Shown here in pieces: positions 61,866 through 64,000 of a stretch of 64,000 nt of DNA (position 1 is the stretch's first letter; each line of letters opens with the position of its first letter). The stretch covers positions 13,521 to 77,520 of the forward strand of contig JBBQJW010000008.1 of the NCBI GenBank assembly GCA_038326325.1, given 5' to 3'. The position numbers and the translations under genes were made by a program. The notes below the pieces were generated by a model, which saw only the letters and a program-made list of their open reading frames with translations, had not been told where the DNA came from and did not search any database. Origin of the DNA: Chitinophagales bacterium. GTDB lineage: Bacteria; Bacteroidota; Bacteroidia; Chitinophagales; UBA10324.

Positions 61866-61950
61866 ATTTAATTTCAAATTGTTCCAGAATAAAAAAACTT
61901 TTTTATTCTGGATAAAAAAGAAGATTATTCAGGATAAAAATTTATTTAAT

Positions 61951-62856
61951 TTAAAACTGTAAATTCATATTCATCACCATTCCTCCTTTCAAAGAAGGAG
62001 CAAGGCCTAGATCTAATTTGGTTTTCTTATGTGGCTTGTAACCAAAGTTACGATGCAATTCAGGAATAATGAATCCGCTCAAAGCCCCAAGAGCATATCC
62101 TGTAATTACATCAGTTGGGTAATGTTTTCCCCCCTTTACCCGAAAATATCCCTCAGCAGCAGGAAGTGCGGCAGCGAAAGCCCAGATTCCAACTTTAATT
62201 CCCGGACGAAGATTATGATAGTCAGTAATCACTTTTGCAAATAAGAAAGTAGCGGCGGCTGTTTGTGAAGTATGACCTGAATAGAAAGACTGTCGTGATT
62301 CTTTATTTGTTCTGATTTTGTCAGACAAAGAAGTATTATAAACATAAGGTCGAGTGCGATTCACTGTGCTTTTCACAATGTATGTTGCACCGTAGTTGAG
62401 TGCGAATGCCTCTAATGTCATTATACCAAGTGATTTAAAATCATGACCTGTATGATGTTCTGATACAAATAGAACCGGCAAGAGAGAAATTCCAATTAGC
62501 ATGTAATCACTCAATGAAGCGATACTCGGGTTCCAGAATCCTGTGGCTTGTCGGTCGAAGGGATTGATTTTATTTTTATCAAGACTACTCAGCGCATCGG
62601 GAGTATAAGGTTTTGTTTTATCTGTCTTAGTCATATAATATCCAGTTGAAAAAACAGCGGCTGAGGTAAGCAGAAAGGGCCACTCCTTTTTCCACGAGTG
62701 ATTGTAAGGTTCTCCAATGAGATGTTGGTCGTTGTGACACATCCAGCAATAATCGTGAAGTGTGTCAACAGGAACCCAGTTTTTTGGATACTGTGCCTGC
62801 GCAGATGCATAAAAAATCAATAGGGAAAAAATTAGAATAATGCTTTTCTTTTTCAT
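61951..62856 (-). CDS. PAP2 family protein with signal peptide
   Basis: K....RTRP, SFYSGH and RVKGGKHYPTDV motifs. Confidence 0.9.
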   Translation of the reverse strand: MKKKSIILIFSLLIFYASAQAQYPKNWVPVDTLHDYCWMCHNDQHLIGEPYNHSWKKEWPFLLTSAAVFSTGYYMTKTDKTKPYTPDALSSLDKNKINPFDRQATGFWNPSIASLSDYMLIGISLLPVLFVSEHHTGHDFKSLGIMTLEAFALNYGATYIVKSTVNRTRPYVYNTSLSDKIRTNKESRQSFYSGHTSQTAAATFLFAKVITDYHNLRPGIKVGIWAFAAALPAAEGYFRVKGGKHYPTDVITGYALGALSGFIIPELHRNFGYKPHKKTKLDLGLAPSLKGGMVMNMNLQF

Positions 62857-63100
62857 GTAGTTTTTATTTGTTGAAATTTCTTGATAATAAATTAATACCA
62901 ACAATCAATCCCAAACATGAAACTTATTTTAAAAATAGTAGATAATCGCATTTACAATCTTATATAAGACACAAATTAATAATGTATTTCATCTTTAAAT
63001 ATTCAAATCAGCAAATCTTCAAATAATAATTCTGGTGGCTCCATTGTTGTAACACTCGAATCAAGGTTCATGTGCAAATAATAATTGCGCGAATCATTTC

Positions 63101-64000
63101 ATGAAGCAATTTTTATTAAACATCTCTCAGGACATCTCATCTTACAAATTATTGGATTCTTCCTTATCATTTAAACCGTTTTCTGATTTTCTGAAACGAA
63201 ATGTCGAAGCTGAAGAAACAATTATCAAAACACGACTCTACAATTTTCTGATTCAGAAATTAAACGAGTATCCTGAATTGAAATTGTCAATGGATGTTGC
63301 AACAGTTGGCGAATACAAAGAATTACTCGAATTAATTTATTCCGGAATGACTGGAATAACTGGCGAAGAAATTTACTGGGCACTCGCAACACCTGAGTCA
63401 GGTTCCGTGTTTTATGGAACTGACCCGCTATATGATTTAATCGCTTCCGCAAAACCGGAAGAGGTAACTTCAGATTCGAACAACGAAAATGGAAATTCAA
63501 ATCTTCAACTCTCGTTTATTTATTCTTTCATTCTGGAAAACTGTTACAACTATAAATCTCCGGTGAAAGCAGAACTGCTTCAACCCTTCGCTGACACCGG
63601 AACCGGAATTATGAAGTACTACAAAATGAATATTGATTCCACTTTCGTAAAGGTCGAAGCAAAATCTTCATTACCAAAAATTGATTTCACGGAACTTGAA
63701 ATTCAGGTGAGCAACAATACCCTACTGAATTATCTCACTAAAATTCTTCCCCTCAGTTTATTTTCCTTTCGCGGCTTCACTGTAATTACACTTTATGACC
63801 GCACTGAAGATTTTGTGTTAAAAAAAATCAGCGACAGTATTGCCAATATAAACATCAATCCGCAAAATGATGACGAAGTAATTGTAGCATTGAAAGCGCT
63901 CGCAGGCAACATGCAATTGCATTTGAAATTAATTCCATTCGTGAAATTGAATGACAAATTCCTACCTGACTATAGCGAGACTTTAATTTCACAATCACTA
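63101..64000 (+). CDS. large Bacteroidota GAF-domain-type protein (3' partial; missing from the ORF track)
   Basis: Frame from ATG 63101: MKQFLLN...LSFKPF...YWALATP...FYGTD; appears to run off the window end. The GAF domain itself is not visible. Confidence 0.6.
   Translation, partial: MKQFLLNISQDISSYKLLDSSLSFKPFSDFLKRNVEAEETIIKTRLYNFLIQKLNEYPELKLSMDVATVGEYKELLELIYSGMTGITGEEIYWALATPESGSVFYGTDPLYDLIASAKPEEVTSDSNNENGNSNLQLSFIYSFILENCYNYKSPVKAELLQPFADTGTGIMKYYKMNIDSTFVKVEAKSSLPKIDFTELEIQVSNNTLLNYLTKILPLSLFSFRGFTVITLYDRTEDFVLKKISDSIANININPQNDDEVIVALKALAGNMQLHLKLIPFVKLNDKFLPDYSETLISQSL

Noticed and set aside
63225-63500. 91-aa minus-strand ORF
   Set aside because: Antisense to the longer plus-strand frame starting at 63101.
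39100-64000. Accessory region as a prophage, ICE or recent island
   Set aside because: No integrase, transposase or phage genes, and it carries the host TGTWACA motif, suggesting long residence.

Overview
AT-rich Bacteroidota chromosomal window. The assignment rests on T9SS C-terminal sorting domains, TAnnTTTG -7 promoter elements and a fused E1 alpha/beta dehydrogenase. About 1-39 kb is mostly housekeeping: a fragmented spc-alpha ribosomal cluster (rpsH-secY-map, then about 6.4 kb of unrelated genes, then infA-rplQ), tRNA-Gln, prs/rplY/pth, plsY, prmA and tpiA, plus T9SS cargo genes, a decayed toxin-antitoxin pair and a low-GC nuclease/HEPN cassette. About 39-64 kb is an accessory stress/phosphate region: pstS, ppx, CsbD-like and other small proteins, two AraC paralogs, a PAS hybrid kinase, three PAP2 enzymes, an HD-PycTM-SdiA fusion, a phosphoesterase/kinase-like Omp85 protein and a GAF-type protein. 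The strongest signals not explained by gene calls are (1) a highly iterated quasi-palindrome (S)TGTWACA(S), about 100 copies by eye, in several reading frames and in intergenic DNA; (2) seven promoters sharing two GTAAC-like boxes 21 bp apart, placed 25-26 bp before a weak -7 element, a likely AraC regulon; (3) the unusual envelope-spanning phospho-signalling genes; (4) a 42-bp tandem array ending in a 36-bp palindrome. Protein family calls come from motif recognition only; no database searches were run.
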